Shown: positions 14,087 to 24,238 of the stretch, one piece after another
Numbering within the stretch: position 1 is the first letter of the stretch
Layout: each line of letters begins with the position of its first letter
Origin: Candidatus Sericytochromatia bacterium
Lineage (GTDB): Bacteria > Cyanobacteriota > Sericytochromatia > S15B-MN24 > VGJW01
Reading direction: 5' to 3'
DNA length: 60,446 nucleotides
Assembly (NCBI GenBank): GCA_035285865.1
Contig: JAYKHS010000020.1
Location: 1-60,446, forward strand
Program-made: the position numbers and the translations under genes
Notes under the pieces: generated by a model
The model's database searches: none
What the model saw: the letters and a program-made list of their open reading frames with translations, nothing else
Told to the model about the DNA's origin: nothing

Positions 14087-14805
14087 CCTCTCACGATAGC
14101 ATCCCGGACGGCCTCGACCGTGGCTTCTGCGGCCACGGCACGCACCGGCAGGGCCATCGCGCGCAGGGCCTCGGCCGTCGTCTCGCCAAGGGCCACGATC
14201 GACACGCCTGGCCAAGGCCACGGAAGCATCGCGAGCATCGCCCGAACCGTGGCGGGACTGGTCGCGACCAGCCAGCCGGGCTCCACGGCACGGTCTCTCG
14301 CCCAATCGGCAAGGGCCGTCGTCGCCACAGGGCTTGTCACCATCCGGTAGGTCGTCAAGGCCTCGACGGCCACGCCCCGCGAACCCAGCAGAACGGCGAC
14401 GTCGACCGCCACCTCCTCGCCTCGCAGCCAGAGCACGTGCTGGCCGGGCTGCCAGGGCAGGCTCTCGATCGCTGCAGCAAGGCCCCCGCCCGAATCGGGG
14501 AGGCGTACATCCCGGGCGCCCGCAAGGCGCGCAACCTCAGCAGTACGACGACCGACGGCCAGCACCGGCCCCCGCCACACCCGAAGCACGTCCGGCCAGT
14601 CATCTCCGAGCGCCTTGCCCGAACCGAGCACGAGCCAGCACCCCTCGGGGCTTCCCGCGAGCACGCGCTCGAGCTGCGCACGCGCGATGATCCGCTCGAC
14701 CCTCCGGACCTGAAGTACCGTTGCGCGACATCCGGCGGCAGCGAGAACCGGCAACCAGCGTTCGGCACGCTGCTCTTCCGCTGGCAGCAAGACCGGCAGA
14801 CTCAA
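14080..14805 (-). CDS. hemD: Uroporphyrinogen-III synthase
   Basis: AVGRRTA, LWLRGE, YR, TSPATV and ALGETTA motifs. TTG at 14805 overlaps the hemC stop. Confidence 0.78.
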   Translation of the reverse strand: MSLPVLLPAEEQRAERWLPVLAAAGCRATVLQVRRVERIIARAQLERVLAGSPEGCWLVLGSGKALGDDWPDVLRVWRGPVLAVGRRTAEVARLAGARDVRLPDSGGGLAAAIESLPWQPGQHVLWLRGEEVAVDVAVLLGSRGVAVEALTTYRMVTSPVATTALADWARDRAVEPGWLVATSPATVRAMLAMLPWPWPGVSIVALGETTAEALRAMALPVRAVAAEATVEAVRDAIVRGC

Positions 14806-15719
14806 CGACGGAGTCGATCCAGAATGGCCTTCCCACCGGCGTCGATCAGCCGTTCGGCCAAGGCCTCGCCAAGGTCCACGGGCTTGGCCAAGGGGCCCGT
14901 CCACGACATCCGGACGTGGTCACTGCCATCGGGCAGGCCGAGAAAGGCTTCAAGTTCGAGACGGTCTGATCGAACGCGGCCCAGTGCGCCGAGAGGTATC
15001 GAACAGCCACCATGCAGGCAGGCCAGCAGGGCACGCTCGGCCGTGACGGCCGCCCGGGTTTCGGCATCGTCCACGGCGGCAAGGCGGGCACGAAGCGCGG
15101 CGTCTTCGCCCCGGCACTGGATGACGACCGCGCCCTGCCCCGGAGCGGGCAACATCTTGAGGAAAGGAAGTCGCTCCGTGATGACGGCGCCGCGATCGAG
15201 CCGGTCAAGGCCGGCACACGCCAGCAGAATGGCCTCGAAGGCACCTTCCTGCAAACGGGCAAGGCGCGTGTCCACGTTGCCCCGCAGGCCCCGCACCTGC
15301 CAAGAACGGCCCATGATGGCCAATTGAGCCTGGCGGCGGGAACTGCCCGTGCCGATCCTGGCCCCGTCCGGCAAGGACTCGAGGGATGTGCCCTCGGCCG
15401 AGATGAAGGCATCGCGGGCATCCTCCCGAGGCAGGATCGCGGCGAGCTCCAGGCCTTCCGGCTGGGCCGTGGGCAGGTCCTTGAGGCTGTGCACCGCAAG
15501 GTCGATGCGTCCTTCGGCAAGGGCCCGCTCGAGTTCCTTGACGAAGAGCCCGTCCCCGCCCACCTCGGCCAGCGGCACGTCCTGCCGGATATCACCCGTC
15601 GTCCGAATCAGGACCGTCTCGACCTCGAGGTCGGGATGGGCCGCCTGCAGCGTCGCCATCGTCTGCGCCGTCTGGGTGGTGGCCAGCAGGCTGCCCCGGG
15701 TTCCGACCCGGACCTTCAC
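14802..15719 (-). CDS. hemC: Hydroxymethylbilane synthase (porphobilinogen deaminase)
   Basis: GTRGSLLA, GLFVKELE, AVHSLKD, RGNVDTRL, PAPGQG and GGCSIP (cofactor Cys). Confidence 0.97.
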   Translation of the reverse strand: MKVRVGTRGSLLATTQTAQTMATLQAAHPDLEVETVLIRTTGDIRQDVPLAEVGGDGLFVKELERALAEGRIDLAVHSLKDLPTAQPEGLELAAILPREDARDAFISAEGTSLESLPDGARIGTGSSRRQAQLAIMGRSWQVRGLRGNVDTRLARLQEGAFEAILLACAGLDRLDRGAVITERLPFLKMLPAPGQGAVVIQCRGEDAALRARLAAVDDAETRAAVTAERALLACLHGGCSIPLGALGRVRSDRLELEAFLGLPDGSDHVRMSWTGPLAKPVDLGEALAERLIDAGGKAILDRLRR

Positions 15720-16657
15720 GACGGCACCCCCGAAACCAGGATGCGGCGGGCCTCTGAGACGTCCTCGCGGATTCGTGCCACCAAGGCATCGGGCCCCGCG
15801 AACCGCTGCTCGCCGCGAATCCGGGCCACGAGCCGGGTTTCGAGCCGCAGGCCGTAGAGGTCCACGGTCCGATCCTGGACGTGCACCTCGAAGCGGCGCT
15901 CACGCCCCCCGAAGGTCGGCCTGTAGCCCAGGTTGACCACGCAGGCACCCTCGTCGCCGGCCCAACGCGCCCAGCCGGCATAGACACCCGTCGCCGGCAG
16001 CAGGCGTTCCTCGGGTACCGCCACATTGGCGGTCGGAAAGCCCAGTTCCCGGCCACGCCGATCACCCGGCACCACGATGCCCGAAACGCACCACGGACGA
16101 CCCAGCAGACGTGCCGCCAGCGCTACGTCGCCCGCAGCCACGGCTTCCCGCACGGCGGTGCTCGAGACCGTGACCTCGCCATCCATGTGCGGGGGAACCA
16201 CCGTGACGCCATAGCCAGCTTCAGGCGCCATCCGGGCCAGCAGGTCCGGTGTGCCGGCAGCCGCACGACCGAAGCGGAAGTTGAAACCGACCACGCCATG
16301 GACCATGCCCAGATGCCCGAGGAGCACCTCCTCGATGAAGGCGACGGGATCGAGTCCCGCGAGGGCGGGCGTGAAGTGCAGGCCGATGACTTCGTCCGCG
16401 CCAGCCGCACGGAGAAGTTCCTGCTTCTCCTCCCACGTGGACAACAGCGGTACCGGATCATCCGGCTTGAGCACCGTCCGGGGATGCTCGACGAAGGTCA
16501 ACGCAGCGACCGGCAGGCCGCCAGCCTCGGCTGCGACACGGCGTGCCTCGGCAAGCACGGCGCGATGTCCGGTGTGGACGCCGTCGAAGAACCCGATGGC
16601 GACCACCCTGGGTCCCGGGGCCACCGGCTCGAGGTCGCTGGACAGATGCAGGTTCAT
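15716..16657 (-). CDS. ribF: Bifunctional riboflavin kinase/FAD synthetase
   Basis: GFFDGVHTGH, NFRFG, VSSTAVR, GRELGFPTAN and EVH motifs. Confidence 0.96.
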   Translation of the reverse strand: MNLHLSSDLEPVAPGPRVVAIGFFDGVHTGHRAVLAEARRVAAEAGGLPVAALTFVEHPRTVLKPDDPVPLLSTWEEKQELLRAAGADEVIGLHFTPALAGLDPVAFIEEVLLGHLGMVHGVVGFNFRFGRAAAGTPDLLARMAPEAGYGVTVVPPHMDGEVTVSSTAVREAVAAGDVALAARLLGRPWCVSGIVVPGDRRGRELGFPTANVAVPEERLLPATGVYAGWARWAGDEGACVVNLGYRPTFGGRERRFEVHVQDRTVDLYGLRLETRLVARIRGEQRFAGPDALVARIREDVSEARRILVSGVPS

Positions 16658-16672
16658 AAGCCAGGCGCCATG

Positions 16673-17533
16673 CTACACCAGCAAGGCCTCGAGGGCCTCG
16701 CGGCACTCGGCCAACGGCAGGTTGCCTCCCCACCAGGAAGCCTGTGCCAACGCGGCCTGGCCCGCAAGCATCGCCCGACCGTCGACGGCCTCGAGTCCGC
16801 ACAGCCGGGCCCAGTGGACGAACGGCGTCTCTCCGCGCGCATAGACCAGGTCGTGGACGATGGCGTCACGTGACAGGCGGCCGATCGCGTCGGGTTCGAG
16901 GGGCGTGGGCCCTTCCCGATCCGCACGCCGTCCGAGATCCCCGGGTGGCGTGCCCGGAAGGCCGAGGCCAATCGGCGTGGCATTGACGACGAGATCCACC
17001 GACTCGAGGCCATGGTGACGCTCGTGCCAAGGTCGGATGGTGCCCTCGACACCCAGGGCATCGAGGAGTTCCTGACCCGAAGCCGGCTCCCGCACTGCCA
17101 CCGTCAAGCGACATCCAAGAAGGCTCAGGGCCTGGGCAACAGCCCGGGCACCCCCGCCCGCCCCAAGGATCAGGGCGCGTTCCGGCGTCGCATCCCCGAG
17201 CATGACTTGATAACCAAACAGATCGGTATTATGGGCGAGCCAACCCTCCTCGCCCCGGATCAGGGTGTTGGCGGCGCCCAGAATGCGCGCCTCGGGGGAG
17301 ATGTCGGCCACAAGCCCGAGCACCGCCACCTTGTGAGGCATCGTCAGGTTCACGCCCCGTGCGCCAAGGACCCAGAGACCGCGCACGGCCTCGGCAAGCC
17401 TTGCTGGCGGGACATCACACGCCACGTAGGTACCCTGGCGACCGAGCCGCGCCATGACCGAACGGTGGAGGTCGGGTGACCAGCTGTGCGCCACGGGATG
17501 GCCCAGCAGTGCAAGCAGGGCGGGATGGCTCAC
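16673..17533 (-). CDS. aroE: Shikimate dehydrogenase
   Basis: GHPVAHSWSP, NLTMPHK, GAANT, NTD, GAGGGA, NATPIG and DLVY motifs. Confidence 0.94.
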   Translation of the reverse strand: MSHPALLALLGHPVAHSWSPDLHRSVMARLGRQGTYVACDVPPARLAEAVRGLWVLGARGVNLTMPHKVAVLGLVADISPEARILGAANTLIRGEEGWLAHNTDLFGYQVMLGDATPERALILGAGGGARAVAQALSLLGCRLTVAVREPASGQELLDALGVEGTIRPWHERHHGLESVDLVVNATPIGLGLPGTPPGDLGRRADREGPTPLEPDAIGRLSRDAIVHDLVYARGETPFVHWARLCGLEAVDGRAMLAGQAALAQASWWGGNLPLAECREALEALLV

Positions 17534-18429
17534 GGCCGTTCCTCGTGGCCCACGGGCATGCTCCGGTTGCTGGCGTGGGCACCCCCCTGTGCAGAAACCG
17601 CGAGGATCCCCAGGTCCCAGGACTCGGGGAAGCCGGAAAGCACGGCCGAGCAGGCTGCCTCCGGGGAAAGGCCCGAAGCCAGGGCCTCATAGACCGAACG
17701 CGCCACCATGCGCCGCATGATTTCCTCGCCGATGCCCGTCGCCACCACCCCGCCATGGGGCCCGGCGAAGAAGCCACAGCCCACGAGCGGAGCGTCGCCG
17801 ATCCGGCCCCGCAGCATGGGTGCCGCGCCGCCGGTCGAGGTCGCGACGGCAAAATGCCCCGCACGATCCCGGACGATGGCGCCCACGGTATCACACGCAC
17901 CTGCCGCAAGTTCGGGGTCGGACAAGAAGTTCCAGTCCCGCCGCCAATCCCGGTCGGCCCACTGGGGCATGTCGGTGAAGTCTCCCTCGGCCAGTTCGCG
18001 CATGATCTGCCGATGCAGGTCACGCGCCCGGGGCCCGGGCTGGTGGCGATACTCGGGCATACCGCGCTTGCGGGCGAACGCCACCGCCCCATCACCTGCA
18101 AGCATGCAGTGGGGCGTGGAAAGGACCTCGCGGGCCAACAGGATCGGATGCTCGATGTCCCGGATGCCGGCAACAGCCGCCAGTTGGCCGGCATCATCCA
18201 TCAGGGCGGCATCCATCTCCATCGACACGCCATCCATGCGCAGCACGGATCCCTTGCCGGCATTGAAACGTCCGTCGTCCTCGAGGAGACGAACGGCAGC
18301 CACAGCAGCGTCCAGTGCGGAACCGCCGTCCTCGATAACCTGCAGCGCGGCCATCGCAGCTGCCGAACAGCCATCAGCCCATTCCATGCGGGCAGAGGCA
18401 CCTCCGTGGGTCAGCACGATGGCCTTCAT
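17530..18429 (-). CDS. iaaA: Isoaspartyl peptidase/L-asparaginase (Ntn hydrolase)
   Basis: HGGA, FNAGKG, EMDA, D-TVGA (nucleophile Thr), TSTGG, GRIGD and TGIGE motifs. Confidence 0.9.
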   Translation of the reverse strand: MKAIVLTHGGASARMEWADGCSAAAMAALQVIEDGGSALDAAVAAVRLLEDDGRFNAGKGSVLRMDGVSMEMDAALMDDAGQLAAVAGIRDIEHPILLAREVLSTPHCMLAGDGAVAFARKRGMPEYRHQPGPRARDLHRQIMRELAEGDFTDMPQWADRDWRRDWNFLSDPELAAGACDTVGAIVRDRAGHFAVATSTGGAAPMLRGRIGDAPLVGCGFFAGPHGGVVATGIGEEIMRRMVARSVYEALASGLSPEAACSAVLSGFPESWDLGILAVSAQGGAHASNRSMPVGHEERP

Positions 18430-19241
18430 GGCACCTCCTCGACAGCAGGATCCGAGGCACGGACGATGCGTTCCGCCCGATTCCGCACGGCCGGATCGGG
18501 ATGTTCGAGCAGATGTCGCAGGTACGGCAAGGCCGCACCTCCACGAGCGATCAACGCACGGACCACGACGTCGGCGATCCTCGGATCATCTTCCTCGAGG
18601 CCCTTGGCCATGATGATGAGCGCCCGGGGATCGTCCGGTACCTGCAACAGATCGACGACGCAATCGCGCACGGCATCATCGGCGCGTCGCAACACCTCGA
18701 TCAGGGGTGCGACGGCCATGTAGCCCAGCAGCCTGACACGGTCGGGCATGCGCTCCCGAACCTCTTCGCTGGACACCGCCACTTGGACCAGCAAGCCCAG
18801 CGCCGCCGGAGCCTGGCTCGCGAACAGAGCCTCGAGCGCCCGGGGACGAAGCGGATCATCCGTCTGCACCAGCCGGGCCATGGCCCTGAGGGCCTGCGGC
18901 CCACCTTGTCGGACCAGGGCCTTGAGGGCCGCGAGGCGCCAAGCCTTGCGGTCATGTTCCAGATAGGGCAGCAACGGTGCGGCGTCAGGCGGATCGAGAC
19001 GGCCCAGCACCTCGAGGATGCGGACGCCAAGCCTGCTGTCACGCGTCCGGGCCAGCAGTCTCAGGATTCCCGGTCGCGCCGGAGCCCCCATTTTCCGCAG
19101 CACCCTCCGCACGGTCCGGCCATGCTCGGGATGTCGCAACCAGCGTGCCATGGCGCCCGACGCAGACGGCCCCAGCCTGACGAGACCCGCCGCACCTTGG
19201 CGCAGAGCCCACCAGACCCGCAAGGAGATCCAAGGGCCCAT
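18426..19241 (-). CDS. HEAT-repeat protein
   Basis: Repeated LLxxLxxxDxxVRxxAxxxL helical pattern. Confidence 0.8.
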   Translation of the reverse strand: MGPWISLRVWWALRQGAAGLVRLGPSASGAMARWLRHPEHGRTVRRVLRKMGAPARPGILRLLARTRDSRLGVRILEVLGRLDPPDAAPLLPYLEHDRKAWRLAALKALVRQGGPQALRAMARLVQTDDPLRPRALEALFASQAPAALGLLVQVAVSSEEVRERMPDRVRLLGYMAVAPLIEVLRRADDAVRDCVVDLLQVPDDPRALIIMAKGLEEDDPRIADVVVRALIARGGAALPYLRHLLEHPDPAVRNRAERIVRASDPAVEEVP

Positions 19242-19304
19242 GCCTTCAGTTTAACCCGCCCACCCACGGGATGCCGCGGATCCCCTCCGCGTCGCAAGCC
19301 AGCC

Positions 19305-20504
19305 TCAGGCGAGCTGGCGGCTTTCCGGAGCCTGGAAGAGCCCGGCGACCTTGTCCCGGACCTTGGGCCAGGCCTCACGTGCGAAGGACCAGGCGGTGAG
19401 ACCGACCTGACCGGCGCTCGCCGCGATGTACGCGCCCCGCAGGAACAGGCTCTGCGGCATGAGGTAGAGCGTCAGCTTGAGCGCGCCCAGGGCCACCAGG
19501 AGACCCTGGCGAACGCGGGCACCCGCCGTGGCCTGAGGGTCACGGGCGAGCTTGACCATGCCGACACTGTCCGCAATGAACATGCCGACGTCGGCAACAG
19601 GCAGCAGCACCTTCATCACACGGCCGAGCGCACCCGCCATGCGGCCCAGAAAGGAAACGCCGCCCACGGCCGTACCTGCCTGCGCACCGTGCATCGCGCC
19701 ATGCAGAGTCTCGAGACCCGTGCGGATACCATTTCCGGCCATGATGACGCCGGCCGCACCGCGGGTCGTGTCCGCAATGGCACTGGCCTTGTCCAGCGAG
19801 GTCGCGGCAGGATTGTCCAGCACGTCCATCATCCGTCCGCCCGCTGCGACCGTACCCTTGACCAGACCGGGCAGGGTCACGACACCCAGGCCGATACCCG
19901 CCACCGAACCGGCGAAGGCCACCGTCCGGGTCAGGGGTGCGAGCGTCTCGTTGGTACGACCGAGCAACTGCAGCAAGGGCCGTGCCGGCCGCGTCAGCTT
20001 GCCGTAGACAGGACTGGCAGCCAGATAGGCACGATCGGCCGCGCTCATCGTCGAGAGCAGGCGAGTCTGCTGATCGACGAAGGTGGCCGCACTCTGGGTT
20101 GCCTTGGCCGAGGCGAGAACGCGGGTCGAAGCCGTCGCATGAGGATCCAGGAGCACGCGCTGCAACTCGTTGAAGTCCCGGATAGCCGCCTCATGGGAGC
20201 GCGCAAGACCGGCGACGTTGCTGGCCACGTCGGCCGTGCGGGACACATTGCCGAGGACCGGGTGCTCGCCCGTCTGGCTGGTCCCCTTGGGATCGGCTCC
20301 GAGCACTACGGCACCACCCGCCCGGACCTGTGCCTCACGCTGCAGCTCCCGCAGAGCCTTGGCCGTGTCGGCAAGACCCACGGCCGTATCACCCAAGGTA
20401 CCGAGGAGTGGCTGATCCGCATCGGAGGCCAGACGACCGACGACCTCCTCGGTCCGGGTCGGCAGAACGCCAAGCCGAGCCTTACGTGTCACCGCTCCGG
20501 ACAT
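19305..20504 (-). CDS. Hypothetical Ala-rich helical protein with hydrophobic segments
   Basis: 399 aa ORF with G-rich SD; three (D/N)PxAT motifs; several hydrophobic helices. Confidence 0.65.
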   Translation of the reverse strand: MSGAVTRKARLGVLPTRTEEVVGRLASDADQPLLGTLGDTAVGLADTAKALRELQREAQVRAGGAVVLGADPKGTSQTGEHPVLGNVSRTADVASNVAGLARSHEAAIRDFNELQRVLLDPHATASTRVLASAKATQSAATFVDQQTRLLSTMSAADRAYLAASPVYGKLTRPARPLLQLLGRTNETLAPLTRTVAFAGSVAGIGLGVVTLPGLVKGTVAAGGRMMDVLDNPAATSLDKASAIADTTRGAAGVIMAGNGIRTGLETLHGAMHGAQAGTAVGGVSFLGRMAGALGRVMKVLLPVADVGMFIADSVGMVKLARDPQATAGARVRQGLLVALGALKLTLYLMPQSLFLRGAYIAASAGQVGLTAWSFAREAWPKVRDKVAGLFQAPESRQLA

Positions 20505-20585
20505 GATCCCCTTCCCCCCGAACGGATTGTCCGGAGAGGAAAGGCATTACTTGACCAAGAGAAGCCTAAGGTTTGGCAAAAGAAC

Positions 20586-21470
20586 TCAGCGAGCCGCCGC
20601 CTGGAGCGTCCGGGCCTCGGTCTCAGCCGAGATGCTGAGGCCAAAGTCTTCGCAAGCCTGGCGGACCACGTTGTGGAACAGCAGCATGCCCTCGCCTTCG
20701 ACGGGCAGGGTACGCACGCCTTGCTGGAAGAGGCGAACCTTCTTGGCCGTCCAGTCGGGATGGTTGTTGAAGAACAGATGAGCCTCGGGATGCGGCATCA
20801 GGCCGAAGATCCGGCCAGTCTCGTCACAGAGGCCGGCGATGCCGGCTTCAGCACCGGTGGGATTGTCCGGATGTTGCTCCGTGGGCTCTCCGTGCGCGTC
20901 AGCAAACTGCACGGGAACATAGCCGTTGGCCATCACACGTTGCCGTACGTCGTCTCCCAGCACAATCCGCCCCTCGGCCGTCCGGCAGGGAAGGGTGAGT
21001 TCGGTCAGTCCACGCGTGTAGACGCAGGGGGAATCGGCGTTGACGGCGAGCCGCACCCAGCGGTCCTCGTACTGCGCGGACTCGTTGGGCAGGACAGAAA
21101 CCTCGGGTTCGCCCACACGACCCTCGACCATCGGCAGCAAGCCCAGCTTGACCATGACCTGGAAGCCGTTGCCAATGCCCCAGATGAAACGCTTCTCTTC
21201 GACGAAACGGCTCAGGCGAGACCAGAAGCCCTTGGTGACCTTCAGCTTGTCGGCAAGCGCCCGGCCAGCGGGAAGGTGATCCCCGAACGAGAAACCACCC
21301 GGGAAGTTCAGGATGTGGAAGTCCTCGAGCGCGAGGTCACCTTCCAGGATGTCCGACAGATGAGCCACGGTGACGCGGGCACCGGCGAGCTTGTAACCGT
21401 GGGCCATCTCCTGCTCGGAGTTGATCCCGTATCCGGTCAGGACCAGCGCACGCACCCTTTTGTCTGTCAT
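20586..21470 (-). CDS. purQ: FGAM synthase glutamine amidotransferase subunit PurQ, atypical (catalytic Cys replaced by Gly)
   Basis: GYGINSE, PGGFSFGD, GIGNGFQ (canonical GICNGFQ), NPTGA and MPHPE motifs. Confidence 0.88.
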   Translation of the reverse strand: MTDKRVRALVLTGYGINSEQEMAHGYKLAGARVTVAHLSDILEGDLALEDFHILNFPGGFSFGDHLPAGRALADKLKVTKGFWSRLSRFVEEKRFIWGIGNGFQVMVKLGLLPMVEGRVGEPEVSVLPNESAQYEDRWVRLAVNADSPCVYTRGLTELTLPCRTAEGRIVLGDDVRQRVMANGYVPVQFADAHGEPTEQHPDNPTGAEAGIAGLCDETGRIFGLMPHPEAHLFFNNHPDWTAKKVRLFQQGVRTLPVEGEGMLLFHNVVRQACEDFGLSISAETEARTLQAAAR

Positions 21471-21533
21471 CCAGGAGGCTCCAAGCGGATCAAAGCTTCA
21501 TCAGGCTCTCCCATGATACAGGCGGAGCCGGTT

Positions 21534-22649
21534 TCAAGCGAATGAAAGCGGCTCGATGTCGTGGACATGACCTTCCTGGACGGCAGCGGGCGTGATGCGC
21601 AGGAATCGCGCCCCTTGCTGCAATTCGACGATATTCCGGAAGCCGGTATACCCCATGCCCTTGCGCAGGCCGCCGACGATGCGGTGCAGAATCTCGGCTG
21701 CGGTCCCCTCGAGCGGGACGAGACCCTCCACACCTTCCGGAACGGGAGGCCCCGCCTCGGGTGCCTGGCGACCATAGCGATCGTTGCCCTCCTGCTGCAA
21801 GGCACCCAAGGAACCCATGCCTCGGTAGCGCTTCCACATCCGGCCCGCTCGCTCCAGCGTCGGTGCGGCACTTTCCGCGGCACGCGCCAGCAAGCCGCCA
21901 AGCATCACGATGTCTGCACCCGCACCGATCGCCTTGGTAAGGTCCCCGGGATGACGAATGCCACCGTCCGCCACCACCGGGACCCCGTGGCGCCTGGCCT
22001 CGGCGACGACGGCCCGGATGGCCGTCATCTGGGGCACACCGACACCGGCGACGATGCGGGTGGTGCAGATGGAGCCGGGGCCGATGCCAACCTTGAGCCC
22101 GCACGCTCCCTCCTCGATCAGAAGACGTGCAGCCTCGGCGGTGGCGATATTGCCGACGAGTACCTCGGTCTGCGGTGCCAGACGCCGCAGCGTGCGCAGG
22201 GCTTCCACCACGTTCCGCGAATGTCCGTGGGCCGTGTCGATCACCAGCAAGTCGCAACCGGCCTCGATGAGTCCCGAAGCACGCTCCCACACATCACCGG
22301 CTCCGACGGCCGCAGCCACGAGCGGCCTGCCTTCGCCATCGAGGCTTGACCGACCACCCTCCGGGAGGCTGGCAGCCTTGACCCGCGCCACCTCTTCGGC
22401 CTGACGTGCGGCAGGCATGTTCCTGTGGATGACGCCCAGACCGCCTGCCATGGCCATCGCGATGGCCATGGGTGCTTCCGTTACGGTGTCCATGGCGGCG
22501 CTCATCACCGGAACTCCGAGCGCCAGGCCACGCGTGACCCGACTTGTCAGATCGACCTCGTGGGGCAGGAAGTCGGCATACCCGGGAACAAGCAGCACGT
22601 CGTCGAAAGTCAGGCCCTCGTCGAGGGCTGCGGCGTCGAGCGTCTTCAT
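21534..22649 (-). CDS. guaB: IMP dehydrogenase, short form lacking the CBS pair
   Basis: [35 protein letters not shown] (catalytic Cys), ADGGI, YRGMGS and PEGVEG motifs. Confidence 0.93.
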   Translation of the reverse strand: MKTLDAAALDEGLTFDDVLLVPGYADFLPHEVDLTSRVTRGLALGVPVMSAAMDTVTEAPMAIAMAMAGGLGVIHRNMPAARQAEEVARVKAASLPEGGRSSLDGEGRPLVAAAVGAGDVWERASGLIEAGCDLLVIDTAHGHSRNVVEALRTLRRLAPQTEVLVGNIATAEAARLLIEEGACGLKVGIGPGSICTTRIVAGVGVPQMTAIRAVVAEARRHGVPVVADGGIRHPGDLTKAIGAGADIVMLGGLLARAAESAAPTLERAGRMWKRYRGMGSLGALQQEGNDRYGRQAPEAGPPVPEGVEGLVPLEGTAAEILHRIVGGLRKGMGYTGFRNIVELQQGARFLRITPAAVQEGHVHDIEPLSFA

Positions 22650-22654
22650 GGCGG

Positions 22655-24211
22655 TCACTCCCACTCGATGGTGGCTGGCGGCTTGGGCGACAGGTCGTAC
22701 ACCACGCGACCGACTCCCCGGACTTCCTCGACGATCCGGCCTGAAATGCGCAGCAGGGCATCCCAGGCAAAGGGATGGACCTGGGCCGTCATGCCATCCT
22801 GGCTGTCCACGGCCCGAAGGGCGACGACGTGATCGTAGCTGCGACCATCTCCGACGACACCCACCGAGCGGATGGGCAACAGCACCGGAAAGGCCTGCCA
22901 GACCTTGTCATACAGACCCTCCCGACGCAGTTGGTCCGTGAAGACCGCATCGACCTCGCGCAGCAGGTCCAGGCGTTCGGGCGTCACTTCACCCAGGATT
23001 CGGATGGCGAGACCCGGACCCGGGAACGGATGGCGGTCCACGAGATGCTCCGGCAAGCCGAGGACACGCCCCAACTCGCGGACCTCGTCCTTGAAGAGGT
23101 CCCTATTGGGTTCGACGATCAAGCCGGCGGCTCGCTTGGCCGCCACCAGCGGTGAGCCTACGTTGTGATGGGTCTTGATGGTCACGGCTGCGCCTGCCGT
23201 ACCGTGCCCTGACTCGATGAGATCCGTATGCAACGTCCCCTGCGCCAAGTAGACGCGCTGGTCCCCGAGGCCCAGATCCACCACCGCTTCTTCCTGCACC
23301 TGGATGAACAGGTCACCGATTCGATGACGCTTGATTTCGGGATCGCTGACTCCTGAAAGCGACTGCAGGAAACGATCCTGTGCCTCGACCAGATGAAGCC
23401 GCCGGACCCCCGCAGTCGCCAGCGCTTCCATGACCTGCCTGCTCTCGTCCTTGCGCATCAGGCCACTGTCCACATGCACCGCCACGACCTGTTCAGGTGG
23501 GAGCGCCCGAGCCAGCAGCGCCGCCACCACCGTCGAATCGACACCACCCGAGACCAGCACCAGCACGGGATCCTTCCCGACCTGGGCACGAATTTCCTCA
23601 AGCCGGGCGGGCAACTGATCCCGGACGTTCCAGTCCGCGCGCAGCCCGGCAAGGCCGAACAGGAAATTGCCGAGCATGGCCATCCCGCGAGGCGTGTGCG
23701 TCACCTCAGGATGAAATTGCACGGCGGCCCGCAGGCCATCTTGCCGCGCGGCGGCAGCCAACAGCCCTGCCGAAGTCCGCGCCAACGGACGCCAGCCTGC
23801 GGGCAGCACAGCCACATGGTCGCCGTGGCTCATCCAGACTGGTTCCTCGAACTCCATCTGCGCCAGCAGACCTTCCCGATCCACGCACGAGATGACAGCC
23901 GGACCGTATTCCCGACGCTCGCCGGGTTCGACGGTGCCGCCCTCGGTCTGGGCCAGCAACTGCATCCCGTAACAGATGCCGAGAATCGGCTTTTTTAGAT
24001 CGAGCACGCCCTCGGCGGGGCGCAAGCTACCCGGACGATGCACGCTGTCGGGCCCGCCGGAAAGAATGATGGCGCCTGTCTCGGATCCGGCAATCCTGTC
24101 GGCAGGGACGTCATGCGGCAGAATCACACTGCGCAGACCCAGCTCGCGGACCCGCCGCGCAATCAGGCGCGTGTACTGGGAACCGAAGTCGAGAATGGCA
24201 ACGGTGGACAT
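22655..24211 (-). CDS. guaA: GMP synthase (glutamine-hydrolysing)
   Basis: DFGSQY, GICYGMQ, QFHPEV, SGGVDS, IKTHHN, HPFPGPGL and KPPATIEWE motifs. Confidence 0.98.
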   Translation of the reverse strand: MSTVAILDFGSQYTRLIARRVRELGLRSVILPHDVPADRIAGSETGAIILSGGPDSVHRPGSLRPAEGVLDLKKPILGICYGMQLLAQTEGGTVEPGERREYGPAVISCVDREGLLAQMEFEEPVWMSHGDHVAVLPAGWRPLARTSAGLLAAAARQDGLRAAVQFHPEVTHTPRGMAMLGNFLFGLAGLRADWNVRDQLPARLEEIRAQVGKDPVLVLVSGGVDSTVVAALLARALPPEQVVAVHVDSGLMRKDESRQVMEALATAGVRRLHLVEAQDRFLQSLSGVSDPEIKRHRIGDLFIQVQEEAVVDLGLGDQRVYLAQGTLHTDLIESGHGTAGAAVTIKTHHNVGSPLVAAKRAAGLIVEPNRDLFKDEVRELGRVLGLPEHLVDRHPFPGPGLAIRILGEVTPERLDLLREVDAVFTDQLRREGLYDKVWQAFPVLLPIRSVGVVGDGRSYDHVVALRAVDSQDGMTAQVHPFAWDALLRISGRIVEEVRGVGRVVYDLSPKPPATIEWE

Positions 24212-24238
24212 GAGGTCCAGCAGGATACCCCATTCCAG

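Noticed and set aside
18501..21545. 1014 aa plus-strand ORF
   Set aside because: Spans three real minus-strand genes; shadow frame with no motif.
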